Counted from the first letter of the stretch, positions 12,409-26,210 are shown. The stretch: 64,000 nt of DNA from Takakia lepidozioides (GCA_030704615.1 CM060732.1:19716001-19780000), one strand, 5' to 3'. The notes: generated from the letters alone by a model not told the origin. A program made the numbers and translations.

Positions 12409-13604
12409 ATGCCGCAGATCCAGTACTCGGAGAAGTATTTCGACGATACGTACGAGTACAGGTGCCATATGCTCCTATCCCTAAGTTTCAGTAGCAAGTT
12501 GATGATCAGTCTCACAGTTGTATGAAGTATTCTAAATCACTGCTGGCTGAGCAGCTCATAAAACTGGGATCGCCTCCCCAATGTGTATTCACACTTAGGT
12601 GGGAATGCTGTGCCTCTGTTTTAGCATAGTGGAATTCTATCAAGTGCTTGCTGGGCATTAATATACCAAGCTCTTCCACATCGTGTTCACTGTCACTCCT
12701 CTTCCTCTCAAGTGAGTATCAGAAGAGATTGGCACTCACGAGAATGAATCGGGGTGTAAACATGAGCTTTTTGTTCTTTTTTTTTTCTCTTATTTCTTAA
12801 CATAAGGATCCTTGCAGTTGGGTAGCCCTGTGAGTCTATGTGTTGCTAAAACGTTTTCGTGTTTCTCACCTCCTCCTACTGTCTGTTTCCTAAGTTTCCA
12901 GCTTGTTTTCACAGGTTCACCTAATTTCGCACACTGAAACTGCAAAACTTTTCATGGCTGTTTTCACTGTTGCTCCTCTGCATACACAGTGTTAATTTGT
13001 CACATCATGACTGAACCCAATCTATCAAACAGTTCAGGGAATTTTCTAATCAATTGTCTTGCACAAGCAGGCACGTTGTGCTCCCCCCAGACGTTGCAAA
13101 ATTGCTTCCCCGAAACCGCCTTCTGTCTGAGGTGAATCTGTCTTCCCTCACACTTGTGTCTTTCTTCTTTGAAGTCTCCAACTCTGCATCTCCTTTCTCT
13201 TGCAGGCAACAACCTGGTTAGAGCCATTTTGAGGCAGCACCAGTGCAAAGAGTAATGTGGTGATGTGGCATGCGAGTATGCTCTCCATTCCTCCACCTCA
13301 ATCGAACCTTGACCGCTGATGTTTTGTGGCTTGGATGTTTGATATGATGCCTTGGCTTCCAGGAGCACAAAGGACCATCCCCTAGTCAAAGTGTGTGAGT
13401 GCTGCACTGATGATTCTGGATTTGTTCTGGGGTGAATAGAATGAATGGCGCAGCCTAGGAGTGCAGCAGTCACGAGGGTGGGTGCATTATGCAATCCACA
13501 GGCCAGAGCCTCACATTATGCTGTTCAGAAGACCCCTCAATTTCCAGCAGCCACAGCCTCCATCTCAGCAAGCATCCACTGAGCAGCCAGGATTGAAAGC
13601 TTAA
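12409..13604 (+). CDS. CKS1: Cyclin-dependent kinase regulatory subunit, 92 aa, 3 exons
   Basis: Exons 12409-12461, 13071-13131, 13440-13604 give [72 protein letters not shown] plus a Q/P-rich tail. Confidence 0.97.
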
Positions 13605-14496
13605 CTGTTCCCACACACAATTTCATAAGAAGGATCCTTCAGTTCTTTGCATCTTTTTGCTAGGGAGGCAAAGTCCAATGAGTACATGTTTTTCGCAGGT
13701 TGTTGGGTGTAGGTCTATAACCAAAGGCTTGGGCAAGCAAAGGTGTAGCATTGACCACAGATCCTTCTCCTAGAGGCCCATCATCCACCATCCCAGGAAT
13801 CTGGCATGCTGGGTTCATTTACGAAGGATATGCATTAGACTGGCTGTTTCATTGTCTCTTTTGGTTGGAACGACTTCTCCCATTGTTAAGAACACTATAA
13901 CTCTCTTTTCAAAATGTAGTAGCCTTCAAGATTCCATCCACATGCTATTCCATCCACTATTGTGTAGACTGAGTCCACAAATGGGCAGAACTGAAGATAT
14001 AAATTCATTGTTCTTGGCCACTCCAAGATGAAGGGCGCTTCTTCAAGCAGGGTTACAGGACCCAAATCCAAGTCTGCCCTTCATAGTGAAGGGGACAACA
14101 CCAGAAAGCATGCATCATCCTGAAGTTGGTTATTAGCTGAAGAGACACTATTGCTAGTTTCATGGGTGCTAGAATGGCGGAGGTATGTCATGGTTCATTT
14201 TGTGCTAGATGGGGGATTCTCCTTTCGGATGGAGAGAAGCACATAGATAAGTGTAGCCTGGAAAGAGCATACTTTGTGCTCAGAGAGGCAGATCACGCAG
14301 AGGGCATCTAGAATGAACGCAGTGATCCATGAACATTTTGAACACCACATCCAACACATAGAATACCAGATTGTAGTTTTAGTTTTGCCTACAAGGATGC
14401 CTGTGCTGCTTTCATCTCTCCCTGACTTGTCTGTCTGCTTTATGTATTGTCAGCTTCCTTCCATCTGAGTAGAGATGGTAGGTAGCGGTCGAACGG

Positions 14497-14965
14497 CTCA
14501 GAATTTTGTGTGGCCTCGTCGTAATGAGGCTGGTCATACAACCGTCAGGCCGTCTCATTAATATAGGAGCAAACTACCTTCATGCGTCAAGGACTTGGAA
14601 TTTTCTTGGCATATGAATTTTACAACTACCTCCATGCAGGTAGTTTTAGGATTTTCTACATGAAGGCAGTTGCAAAACCAAGCTGAGCTACCTGCATGAG
14701 AGTAGTTGCATACCACCTCCGAGGTAGTTACAGTAAGCGCCAACCGGATCTACGTTCAAGGTTTAGAACCCGAGACATGCATCGCCACATCGCCATCGAC
14801 CTACCACCAGACCACTGACACCACCATGCCAACGACTTGACGTTTTTCCAATATATAAGAGAAACAGGGGAATAGGGATCCTTTTAATGTAGCGGGGCCG
14901 CTGTCAGGTCCTGTCCCCTCTGCACCCTGCGGCCTCATAACGACGAGGCCGCACAAAATTCTAAG
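14497..14965. mobile_element. MITE with ~34-bp TIRs (possibly Mutator-like)
   Basis: agaattttgtgtggcctcgtcgtaatgaggc at 14500 is inverted at 14932-14962; possible 9-bp TSD gcggtcgaa/gcggtggaa. Confidence 0.7.
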
Positions 14966-15907
14966 GCGCGGTGGAAATATACATTACAGCCTCTTTGCAG
15001 TGTAGCCGAAGTTCAGTACCTATAAAGAGGTAAAGAGGTCTTTCCAGAGATGGGGTATCAAGATCTGAAATTGAAAAATGTGGCATTCATGGAAACACAT
15101 TACTCATTTATGCAATATACCATTATCTCTAGGTCTGTTTAGTGCTACATCATCTGGTCATAAAACTGAACATCCACCAAGTGCTGAAAGACTTTTACGT
15201 CCGCTTGACAATTGTTTGTACATCTACACATGCACCAAAAATTTGGCCATCCAGATCTGGACACAAGCAAATACTGAGTGAGACACCAAGACTGTAGTAA
15301 TACAATCTGAAGGTGGCCCCCACAATTAATCCAGAATGAAGTGACATCCTTGATAATCTAAGATAGGTGCTGACACCACCACCACCACTGCCACCACCGC
15401 CGCCCCCCACAAAATACTGCATAGTGGAAAACTGTATCTTTTGAGATCAGGGATGGATCAACTATGATCTTCCAGCATACCAGACCAATCGGCATTCTGC
15501 ACATGGGCAGCTCATCCAATACCCCCATCGTTGAAACTGCTCACATGTAGCCAGCCAGTGTAATGGAAGCAAGGCTCTTACACACCAACAACCAAAAGGA
15601 TGGGACACGGACACTTGGTGTGCTTTGGCATCTCCAAGCAGGAAATAGCCTGTCAGAATTCGGACATGTCATGGACCTTGGAACTTGCCAATGGACACCT
15701 ACATGCCCTTGCAAGGAGATTCAAACACCACATGCACAAGCTCAACGTGCAGTACGACAGCTGCTTATGTGTATCCAGAGATTTTATCAAAATTGACAAA
15801 AAAAAATCGGATTTTGCCTTTAAGGATGAGATGGGGTGTGGCGATGTGAAGATATCATATAACATACAGGTGAGGAGGTTCAGAGGGAGAGCAACTAAAG
15901 ACCCTTG

Positions 15908-18900
15908 TTAGCTTGCTCGTCGTACCCGCTGTAGCATATCCACAACACCCTTCATTTGGGGTCTCTCAGATGGCGAAGGGGCCGTGCATAGTAAGGCAAT
16001 CTTCAGCACCTGCAGCATCTCCTGACGCGTGTCGAAAGAAACTGTCGAAATGCCCGCATCCAGAATCTGCTCAGGAGTCTCAGCACGGGACGATGCTGAG
16101 TGAACCCATGCCACCAAATCCATAGCATCAGGATACCCAGGGTGCACCGGCTGGCGCCCCGTCAAAATCTCAAGCAGCACCACCCCATAGCTATACACGT
16201 TGCCCTTCTCTGTCACTCTCATTGTGTAAGCGTATTCTGCATCAAAATGGATGCCCAAGTTGGTTATCCACCATATTTAGGGTTCAAAGCCTATCAAAGT
16301 TTGCCAAAAGAAAAGACTGTAAAAGTTGTGTCCGGCTATAGTCACCAAGCATTTGTGCCTTGCACCGCCATCCACTTTTCAATCTTCCAACTACCTCCCT
16401 ACCAAACTCTTCAGCGCAAATTTTGATCTACTCTAAACAGTTTTGTGCATTTTACAATAGGCAAGGCTCTGAAGGTTTGTATGTACCGCCCGCCACTTTA
16501 CAAAGAGCACCCTCATGCATAGGTGACCAGACAGCATGCCCTCCACAATAGGCCCATGCGAATTTCAACAAAGGACCCCTTCAATACACTGCCCTTTAAC
16601 CACCGACAATCTCTTAGGCGTGACAGGGAGAGTAGGTGAATTGCTTACCGGGAGCAATGTATCCAATTGAACCAGCCACAGCAGTCATGCTTTCAGTGTC
16701 CTTAGAAGGGTCAAAGAGCTTGGCAAGACCCACATCTCCAATGCGAGGCTCAAAGAAGGCATCGAGGAGTATGTTATTGGAGTTGACGTCACGGTGGATT
16801 ATGGCTGGGTAACAACCATGTAAGTAGGCAAGACCCTGCAACCATAAATACCCAACCTGAGTGTAAACCCCAAATTCACAAGGGAAGCATCAAGAAAATG
16901 GCAAGATGCACAACGCAATTTAGGAATCAGCGATATGCCATCCATGCAGGACATTAAGAGTACTGTGGACAACCCAGAAAAGAATTCAGTAGCAATTTGA
17001 AGGACCACAAAATAGGGAGGTGAAATGAAGAGAGGTACTCATGCAGCACACATTTCTATTGCTGAGTGCTGCCTTACCTGTGCCACACCGAGGGCCACCT
17101 TGTAGCGAGCAGTCCAATCTACTACCGCATAGACATTGTGATGAAGCCATTCCCCGAGACTACCATTTGGCATAAAGTCATAGAGCAATTGAATGCAATC
17201 TCCCCGCAGGATGAAGCCCAGCAAGCCCAGAATGTTGGGATGCCGCACCTACCTCAAATTCTCCACAGCTCAAAATTAGAAACCCTGCACCTTTTAAAGC
17301 TAGTCGATTAGTCATACACAAGTACTGGCCAGTACGATATTGTGGCAAAATACCATAGCACAATAAATCTAACTGGTAATTATTCTCAGACATTTCTCAA
17401 AAGTCTGGGATCCTCCGCTTCACCGGAATCTTTAGGTTGTCAAAATACAATAGTGGAATGCATAGAACCGATAGAAATGAAATTACCTTGTCCAGCTTCA
17501 CTAGCTCTAAAGTGAAGCGTCTGTTCAGGGAAGAGTTTTCATTGTCCGATTTCAGGCGCTTGACTGCCAGTTCCTTGCCCCCAGGCATTATGACTTTGAA
17601 CACAGTGCTGAACCGGCCCTTGCCTACGACTTGTGCAGCAGTCAGATTATCCGTTGCAGCAACAACATCTGTGAACCCAAAGGTGGCCTTGTTGGCATCA
17701 ACAAGGAGGCGGCCTTCTGGGGGAGGAAAGGGCCATGGATCCAGAGCCGTGGGAGCTAGCTGGGATCGCAAGCGCCAATATCCAAACAGCACAGCTATGA
17801 TGGTCAATGCAGAAATAAACACTCCAAGTCCTATTACTACCGCTGCCCACACTGGGATACTGCTGCTGCCACCAATGCCTTGTCTTCCTGCAAATGTTCT
17901 GCAACTGTTGGCCAGAGGGGGACCACAAAGCCCGGTGTTGCCAACAAAGCTGGCTGCACTGAAGTTTACATGGGCTGTCGTCTGTGGGACCTGTCCCCAT
18001 AAGTCATTGTAAGCTAAACTGAGATTGAGCAGACTGAGCATGGAAGTTAGGCTGGCTGGAATTTGGCCTGAGAGGCTGTTGTAAGAGAGGTCCAGAGAAA
18101 CAAGCTTGTTTAGCTGTGCCAGCTCCTGCGGAATACTGCCTGTCAATTTGTTGTGACTGAGATTCAACACTTGCTGTAGGCTGTATATGCTTCCAAGCTC
18201 TGCTGGAATGGTGCCATTCAGAAAGTTATTTGCAAGCTCCAGGGAAAACAACCGGTTGAGGTTCTTAAACGAACTTGGAATTTCCCCTGTTAGGAAGTTT
18301 CCACTCAGGCAAAGGGTCTCCAGGTATGTTAAGTACCCTAACTGCGAAGGGATGGATTCTCTCAATAAATTGCCACTTAAGTCAAGCAGGCTGAGTTTGG
18401 AAAAGCTGCCAAAGGCTGCTGGAATGGATCCTGTGAGTTTATTGTTTGCCAAGGACAGAGATTGGAGCTCTGGAATCAGGCCGAGTTCCGCAGGAATAAC
18501 ACCCCCAATGTGATTGTGAGCTACCGACAGTGATTCCAGAAACTTGAGCTGGCCCAGTTCAGGTGGCAGAGTACCTGTAAGGTTGTTGAAAGAAAGGCTT
18601 AGGAATGAAAGATTGCAGCTGCTTAGCTCCTTGGGGATGCTCCCTGAGAGTCCATTCGAATCTGCCTCGAAATAGGAGAGAGTGGTTATTTGCCCAATTT
18701 CTGAGGAGATGTTGCCGGTCAGGTTATTGCTTCCTAGCCGCATCCGCTGCAAGCCTTGGCATTGGCTTAAGTTGAGAGGAAGACCACCAACAAGCTTGTT
18801 GCTGGTCAGGACCAGGTGCTGGAGCTGCATCCATCCGCAGATTGGCGGAATAGGCCCTGACAGATTGTTAAGGCTCAAATCTAGCACCTGAACACACAGC

Positions 18901-19408
18901 CGTCACTGATTCATGAGCATACCGACAAGGAAAATGGAAATGTAGAAACCTAAAATTAGAGAAAGCATGCATGCAACAGTCGAACGCAATTCTTTACTCT
19001 TCCATCCCTAAAAACGACTCCAACCCGTTTCCTCTTCACCCTCACCAACTTGCGACAGTAGAATTCAAGAGAGATACGCATAGTGCCGTAAGCCAACCAT
19101 ACCTGTAAGCTGGAGAGGTTCGCCAGACTTGGAGAAATAGATCCCTGGAGACGAAGATTAGACAGCGTTAGATTTTGCACTCGGCCACTGCTGTCGCACT
19201 TAACGCCAGTCCAAGAGCAGAGTGCTGACAGGTTCCCCTGCTTCCAGCTGTCGAGAGCGTTTGTTGGATCAACCGTCACTGCAGTCCTGAAATCCAGCAG
19301 GGCGTTCATATCCTGGATGCTCTGAGACACAACCCCACCGCATACTCCTCTCACCATTGCGAGTGCACATATCGCAAGAGCCCACAACTGCTGCCCCCAC
19401 GAACCCAT
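15908..19408 (-). CDS. PXC3: LRR receptor-like kinase, PXC3 (At2g41820)-like, ~797 aa, 5 exons
   Basis: Exons 19408-19103, 18887-17487, 17248-17078, 16835-16649, 16236-15908. Signal peptide, LRRNT (CSWTGVKC), plant LRRs, GNTGLCG cap, TM helix, kinase. C-terminal [18 protein letters not shown] and [25 protein letters not shown] match PXC3 as recalled. Confidence 0.93.
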
Positions 19409-22257
19409 CTCTCGCTTTCCTCCCTCCCGCCTCCCCCCCTAAATCTATCTAACTCCCGACGTCCCACTCCCTCAGTTTCTCGCCATTGGGCATCACACGC
19501 CTGTTCCTCACTCTCCGGGGAAGCTCACTAATCCCAAGACGCTGTCCCCTCAAGTCTCTCCCTTTTCTCCAAAGACCCACCTACAGGTCTCCAAGGCCCT
19601 CTCTCTTCTCTCTAAAAGTCAAGGAAAGAGGACACACAGTCAAAGGTGGCAGAGTCATTAGCGGCTGGTCCCAGTGCTGCCACTGGCAGAGCACCAGACT
19701 CCAGCACAGCCAGGACGGGGTAACTCCTGCCCTTATTATTCCCAACTATCGCCATTTCGGCCATCCCTTTCCATGGAGACTGTGTTTTGCCATGCACTGT
19801 ACTCTACCTCTGGCAGCAGCATCCGGTCACCTACCCTGCTGCTGCTAGGCACAAGGGGAGCCTGCATTTGTGGGTACAGCACAGTAATGGAAGGAAGCCT
19901 GCATATTTTCGCAAGTATGCAACATCCATCTCTCCCATTTTATTGGCCAGGAATGATGTGCCAAGATTTGGTTATTGTGTTTTGTAGAACGGAGGGAGGG
20001 AGGGCTTTTTCTGAGGTACCTATGTGTGCAATGAGGAAAAAGTTGGAACACGGTCAACCCCTAGTCAAACTCGTTTATTGGCTTTCTTGTCTTGACAGCC
20101 TTTTGGCCGGAGGAATCCACTTGTTTTCTCAGTTTGTCATGGGCAACATCAAACATCCCTGAGAAACCGACTGTGGAGAAAAAGAATTCTATGAGTTTCT
20201 CATAGGTTCTCCACTGTGAATTCCAAGCAAGTGTTGATGTTAGAACTTTCCGCAATAGCATTTCCAAGCTCCTTTGAGATCTTAACTACTCTATCATTTC
20301 TGTGGGTATTGAGTTGACCTCTAAACCATTTGTGCCAAGAGGAACATCAACTTACCTTACCTTGTCTTGTCTGTAGTATCTAAATATAGAAATTATGACA
20401 TTTATTGAAGCACCAATAAATGGGCCCCCCCCACAGTGCAAATGGTCATGAGTTCAATCTCACAAATTAGAGCCAACCCAACTATGAAATGAAAATGGAG
20501 TCTTTGTCAAAGGTTGTTAGAATGAGCAAAGTGGCCGCTTGGATATGTACCACCAGGATTGCAAACATTAATAAAATTCATTGGTTCAGCCATTCAAGGA
20601 CTCAAGTCAAAAACCTTGGACAGCTTTGCATCATTTAGAAAGGACTGCATGACAGGCTTCAGAAAGTCTGACCCCACTAGTGTTTCAGTCATTCAACAAC
20701 TGGTACATCACATGGGGATCAGTCAGGGGAGTGTAGCAAATATCTAGTCTTCTCCTACTCACTGTGGGGAGGCCCGGGGGGCTCTCGGTAAATATCACAA
20801 CTCAGGAACCCATTTCCTCTGAATATGTTTTGGGATGGTGGCAGCCGTGAGAATCCTACCCCGCCTCCCAAAGGAATACTGAATGGCCAAGAAAGTTAGG
20901 CTAGAACAGCATCTTGACAAACACAAGAAACATATGAAAACCAGGGAGTTGCTTGCCTTCAACCTTCTCGACTTACCGTGACTTTGTGAGAGGAATGTCT
21001 TGCACTGTTGTTCCCTTGAGTATAGGGTTATAACCATTAATGGTTTGCTGCTGCCACACTTTCCTGGCTTGCATTTACTGTTGCACTGTGTTTCGGTCGG
21101 ATGTGGACATCTGTGGATTGGTGAGATGTGCTTGTCGCCTGCACGAACCATCATGGATTCCGTCACAATGCTACCACCTATGCATCTGAGGGGGAAGTAC
21201 TCCCACTATAATATTGTGTTGCAAGGGAGATTTATGCAAAAAGTGGTACAGTACAAAGAAGGGTTCTTTTCCACACTTCCTTCGCTTCTTCCTGCATGAC
21301 TTATACCAAGGTAGTAGTTCCTATTCAGCAACTTCAATTGAATGATGATTAACTGTAACAGGCTTTATCAGAACATTCCGCTTTTGTAGGACCCTGTTGT
21401 CCTGACGTATGAGTTGCATTAGGCACAAAATGGCTTTTGACAAATTGCTACCTCCATCTGCATTAGATCCATTCTGATCTTCAGATAGGGAGTGTCGAAT
21501 TCATCACCATGTCACTTATTTGAGTGCTGTTATAATTTTGGAGTGCAAGAAGAGTTTACATGCACGAGAAAATGTGCAGTCCTTTGTCACCAAACAAATA
21601 CAGCTCTGTCACCAAACGAATGTTTCTGGATGGAGGAGCATAGAAAAGCTGCATCTAAACATCACTTATATCCATCGTGGACAAGGGCAAACCATGAGAA
21701 ACTTCACAAATATGAGCCAAATACACAAGACTAGGGCCTAAATTAAAGCAGCGGTGATAAATTATTCCTCAATAAAAGCATGCCAAGGAAACATCCAAGC
21801 TAGAAACAGCATGAGCTGCACCAACCCGCAGAATGTTTCCAAATAGCATTGAAGAAAACTCTGATATCACCGGAGGTTCTTGTAGAAACTGATGTGCACC
21901 TTACATGGTAGAAAGGCGATGCAAACAAGACAACACAAACAACTGCCCTGCAGCATGGACACTTTGCTACAGATGTGACTAGAACTCCGAATCCACCGTG
22001 CACAATAGGATGTTGAGAAACTTGTACACCCAAGAATGTGGTGAGAACTTACCTGTCTGATGGGATCTGACATTAGACCAACCTCCTACTGATACATCAA
22101 GAGATTTTGGACAAGATTTTGGGGTAAAATGCTCATACACTCACTCCTCCAGCACAAAGGCATGACTTTTCCCAGTAAATTGCAAGTGCTTATACAATGC
22201 ATAGAACAAAGAGTGTAGCCTCAGCACCATTTGTGTTCCTGGGATGAGGGATACTTG

Positions 22258-25075
22258 TTAGTCCTTTGTTGTTTCCATAGCAGCAAATCGCCCTGTAAAT
22301 GAAGGCTGCAAGGGGCGCAGCTTCTCCACCTGCAACAAAGATAGGTGAACTGATTATGCATATGTCAGCTCCTCCTCCATTTAGCGATCTCTCTTCATTC
22401 CGAGTAGAGCATCAATCCATCAACGGCTCCATGGATTACTATGGTTCAAAAGAGATGAACAAAAATTTTGTCTCTGCGTTAGTGGAAGTAAATCATGGAG
22501 GACAGCGAAAGGGAGGGGTAAAGAACTGTCGGGAGACAAATAAGCTTGTGATGTATGAGATTCCCAGGAACCCTTCAAAAATTACCTGTCAGCCATTCAT
22601 GGACAACGTTATGTTGGTCTGGAGATTTATGCTGAGTTCCCTTGGAGCAGGACTACGTAAGAGACCTACACTTGTAAACTGGAAGTGCTTGTACTCTTCA
22701 CCTTCGTCATATCTAAATCCCCCTTTGCAGAGCCAGTGTGAATTATGTCCAACACTCAACGCTCCCACCTAATAAAGGGATGGGAGATTAACCTGTTGAT
22801 GGATAGACCTGTATTCATGATCTAGGTTTGCAATCTCCTCTTCAAGTTCCTTCACTCGCTCCTTGTAGGTGCTGGCTCTCCTGTTCATATCCTCCAGTCT
22901 GCATTCCATGATGTCACCTCAGAGGAGAACAGACAGCAGATACCAGGCCCAGCTACCCCAAAGAGGTGCACATCCAAACTCGAGTTGGACACTACATAAT
23001 TACTTTAACAGTCCAGAATCATTTCACATCACTAACTGCATACACAGTCAATTTGATGAACAGAGGCAGTCTGCTGAAGGCACGTCCCAGTAGTAAGGTC
23101 TTGTTCCATGGAGCTGTTGTTTTCCAACTGATGTCCAGAAAAACCACCACCAGTGGGATACTAGACCCAACTTCTCATTTCTACGAAACCATGACAGCAC
23201 ACTATCTTATCTCCAAGGGTGAGTAACAACGCACTCGTCTTTGACCACTTCATTGGAAGCCAAAGCTCCATTCCATTGCTCCAAATAAGCAGCCTTATGG
23301 AACAAAACAGCAAACAAAACAACTCCATTGCGTGCCCAAAAATAGTAGAAGACTGCAGACGCCACTGAAAATGTCAAGAAACAGCGACCCACAACCTCCT
23401 TGTTGCCAGAAGTCCCAAGATAGACCAATGATAAGATATAAAGAAACAACGCAATCACCCCTCCCTTGCGTATCATCCTGCCAACCCCCTCACATCCCAC
23501 TTCTTAGCCCTGCAACATCCATGCATCTCTCTCACACATAACTGCTCACACAGAGGATCGCACACAAAGACATCCTCGGTCTGGGGTGAGAAGTGAGAAG
23601 TCCAATGCATGACAGCACAGCCATTACTTTGTTTTGCCAGTGAGTTGCTCAACTCAATGAAGTAGATCGAGAGACAGAGACTTGAATGTGCAAACTACCT
23701 ACATGTGACTTATTTGTGGAGTAACGATGGCTTCATACCTGACTATGACACCTTGACTAAAGGCTCATGATCCAAGTAAGCTCGTAAATTGCTTATCATA
23801 ATTAATAAATATGCTTTTTGGACTTCATGTGGGGCACATGAAACCTATGAAAAACAAGAGAGTGCAAGAAAACTCACCCAAATTCGTTGTAGTGAGCTCT
23901 CACTTTGCGGAGCCGAAATGCCAAAGACAGGAAAAGAAAAAAGTAAAGAAGGGGAATCAGGGAGTATACATCTGCCCAGACTGAGTCCAATGTGCACTCC
24001 TTTGGTTCGTTCTTGTTTCTGCACAAACATTCCAACAATGCCAAATCATTGAAGACGATCTGCACAATTCTAAGAATTGGTCTGACATAATGGCACATGC
24101 AAGAGCAGCCAGTTAAAAAACAACATTGAAAACTGGAAAACTAAAGACTGGAGTAAGCATGGAGATGGAATGAAAGCAGGTACAGGGCTAAGTATTGAGC
24201 TCTTCACCCTAACCGTGACACATCTTTCCACAGAGCAAATAAAAGTCTCAACTTTGAATCACCCATTTGACCTCGAAAAACCAAAGTGAGAAAAATTCAA
24301 TGGGAGGGAGTCTTTGATGACCCGCCTCTACAAAACTGGTACAGACCAACTCCATTTGACACACCATGCTTGTCTATAAAACTTAACCAATCCTCTGGTG
24401 AGCAAGCCGTCAAGTCTTGCCTATGTTTCGTTCTGCAGCTGAGATGCTTCCTACCATTCATTGTTTCTCCATATCAGCATTGCAACTTCTTAACTTCTTT
24501 GCATAGTTCATAATGCGCCGGCAGCAACAAACTTTAATGTCAAGGAGAACCACGTCCTCTATCTAAACAGCACCTATATCAGAAAAAAGAAAGGTAGACC
24601 CACACCCACGGCTGGCATGGGCCCTGGTGCCAGCAATGCAGAAGCCGATGATGGGCACTTGCATCAGCAACAGCGGCAACAAGCGGTACTTGAAATTCTT
24701 CCGTCTCTGAACCAGGATTCGATGTAGAGCATATAAGTGCGCATTCAAACAGTTCAACCAGAGTGCGAAGCCTAAGGCTCCTTGTAACCAGAAGCTCCAA
24801 ATGGGGCACAAGAACCTCCCAACGAAGACTTCATTGATATCGAAATGATGGTTTATGACTATAGTGGTGAGCAGCCAGATGAGGCCCCCGATGGAGCTCG
24901 CCACAGTCAAGTCTATGTTCTTCTGCCGAAGTGGTGGATATCCCAGGTTGCACAGCATGAGCACGTTGCCTGCCACAAATGGGATACACCCCAATCCTAT
25001 CAGAATCACCACTACATAGTCCAGCGCATGAGTGGACTCTCGCTTATCATGGCTGTTACACACTACTCCTTTCAT
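22258..25075 (-). CDS. Seven-transmembrane protein (RGS1-7TM / class C GPCR-like) with C-terminal coiled coil and no RGS box, 343 aa, 5 exons
   Basis: Exons 25075-24606, 24018-23878, 23477-23235, 22898-22793, 22329-22258, phase-consistent. Seven hydrophobic helices; CPIWSFWLQGALGFAL resembles AtRGS1 CYLWAVWIEGPLGFGL; LAFRLRKVRAHYNE resembles the class C ICL3 motif; heptad tail is continuous across two splice junctions. Confidence 0.85.
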
Positions 25076-25879
25076 CGTTTGTCTGCTTCAATTCCAATAG
25101 GATTGCGGCTCGATCACAAACATTATGCCTTTCTCCCCCTGTCTTCTCGTGCCCACTGATCTACCAAGTACCAAATTTGCCCACCATCAGCGCCCAAACT
25201 TTCCACGCAGCTTCTCGTGCCACCATCCCCTCTCCCGCGTGCCTGGTGCTTTGTGTGGAATTTTATGAGGGACTAACATCGTCAATCATTCCCAACAACA
25301 CACAGCAGTATGAGACACCATTTCCATGAACTCAATCACTTGCTGTTGGGTCGGCACGAATCAGGTGAATGACGCTCGGTCAGATTCTTGCCGAACGCTT
25401 CCTCCCCTGCGTCATCTCTTGACTCAGCGTACTAATGTTTTCTCCACAACTCGGAAAATTTCTGGAATGCTCCATTTCATGGTTGATCCGAACCGGATGC
25501 GTAGAAAGGCAAGGGTTTGCTCATTGCATAGTTGCCCCGTAATTCAGTGGCGTGCGGGATTGGGGACAGGAACGTGGAAACGAGAGATGGGTCAACAGTC
25601 GAGCACGTGACACAAAGAGTTGGAGCTCAGGACACAACAGTCAAACATTCCCCTCTACTTATTAGTTATTACTCAAGAATGTTGCCAGTCCCTGTCGCTC
25701 TCTGCAGCCCAAAGCCCAAACAAATTTTTGATTTTGGAAACCTTATTAGGGCAGGAGGGCCCTGAAACAGAGTGGATTGAAGAACCTGATGGAATATTTT
25801 GCATAACTTATTGTGGGCTGTTCTAAGGTTCACAACTTTTTTTCTTTTTTAATAAGCCCTTCAGACTATACACAACTTA

Positions 25880-26210
25880 GAGCATCTCCACCGGGGTCCC
25901 TAAATGCCCCGGCAAGGGCAAAGGAGACCCCGGCCCTGGTATCCGCACCCCCCGGCCGTACTTTCACTTTCGTGCAAGATACAGGCCCTCTAGGCCCGGC
26001 CGGTACCTGCTGGAGCGACTAAAAAACAAGGCCCTGCATTTACTGCGTGAGGAAAGGCGGCGTTGTCCAGGTGGTCCCTCCGGAGCAAGGCACATCAGCG
26101 AAAAAGCCATGTGCAGGGTAGTTTGATGGGGTTGTCTCTAGGGGAGGGGCTTGTTGGAGGCCGCAGGAGGTTACCTGTTGTTGTTTGGTGCACCCCCCGT
26201 GGAGACGCTC
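25880..26210. mobile_element. PIF/Harbinger (Tourist) MITE
   Basis: TIR gagcatctccac...gtggagacgctc with TTA TSD on both sides. Confidence 0.85.

Noticed and set aside
17437-18891. Plus-strand ORFs of 69-191 aa
   Set aside because: Antisense shadows of the LRR-RLK coding exon
19486-22257. Possible RGS-box exons or an extra gene downstream of the 7TM gene
   Set aside because: I could not find an RGS motif or build a phase-consistent exon chain by eye; probably 3' UTR and RLK promoter (a profile search is needed to exclude it fully)
23030-23180. Extra exon of the 7TM gene
   Set aside because: The flanking exons join in phase and preserve the heptad register without it
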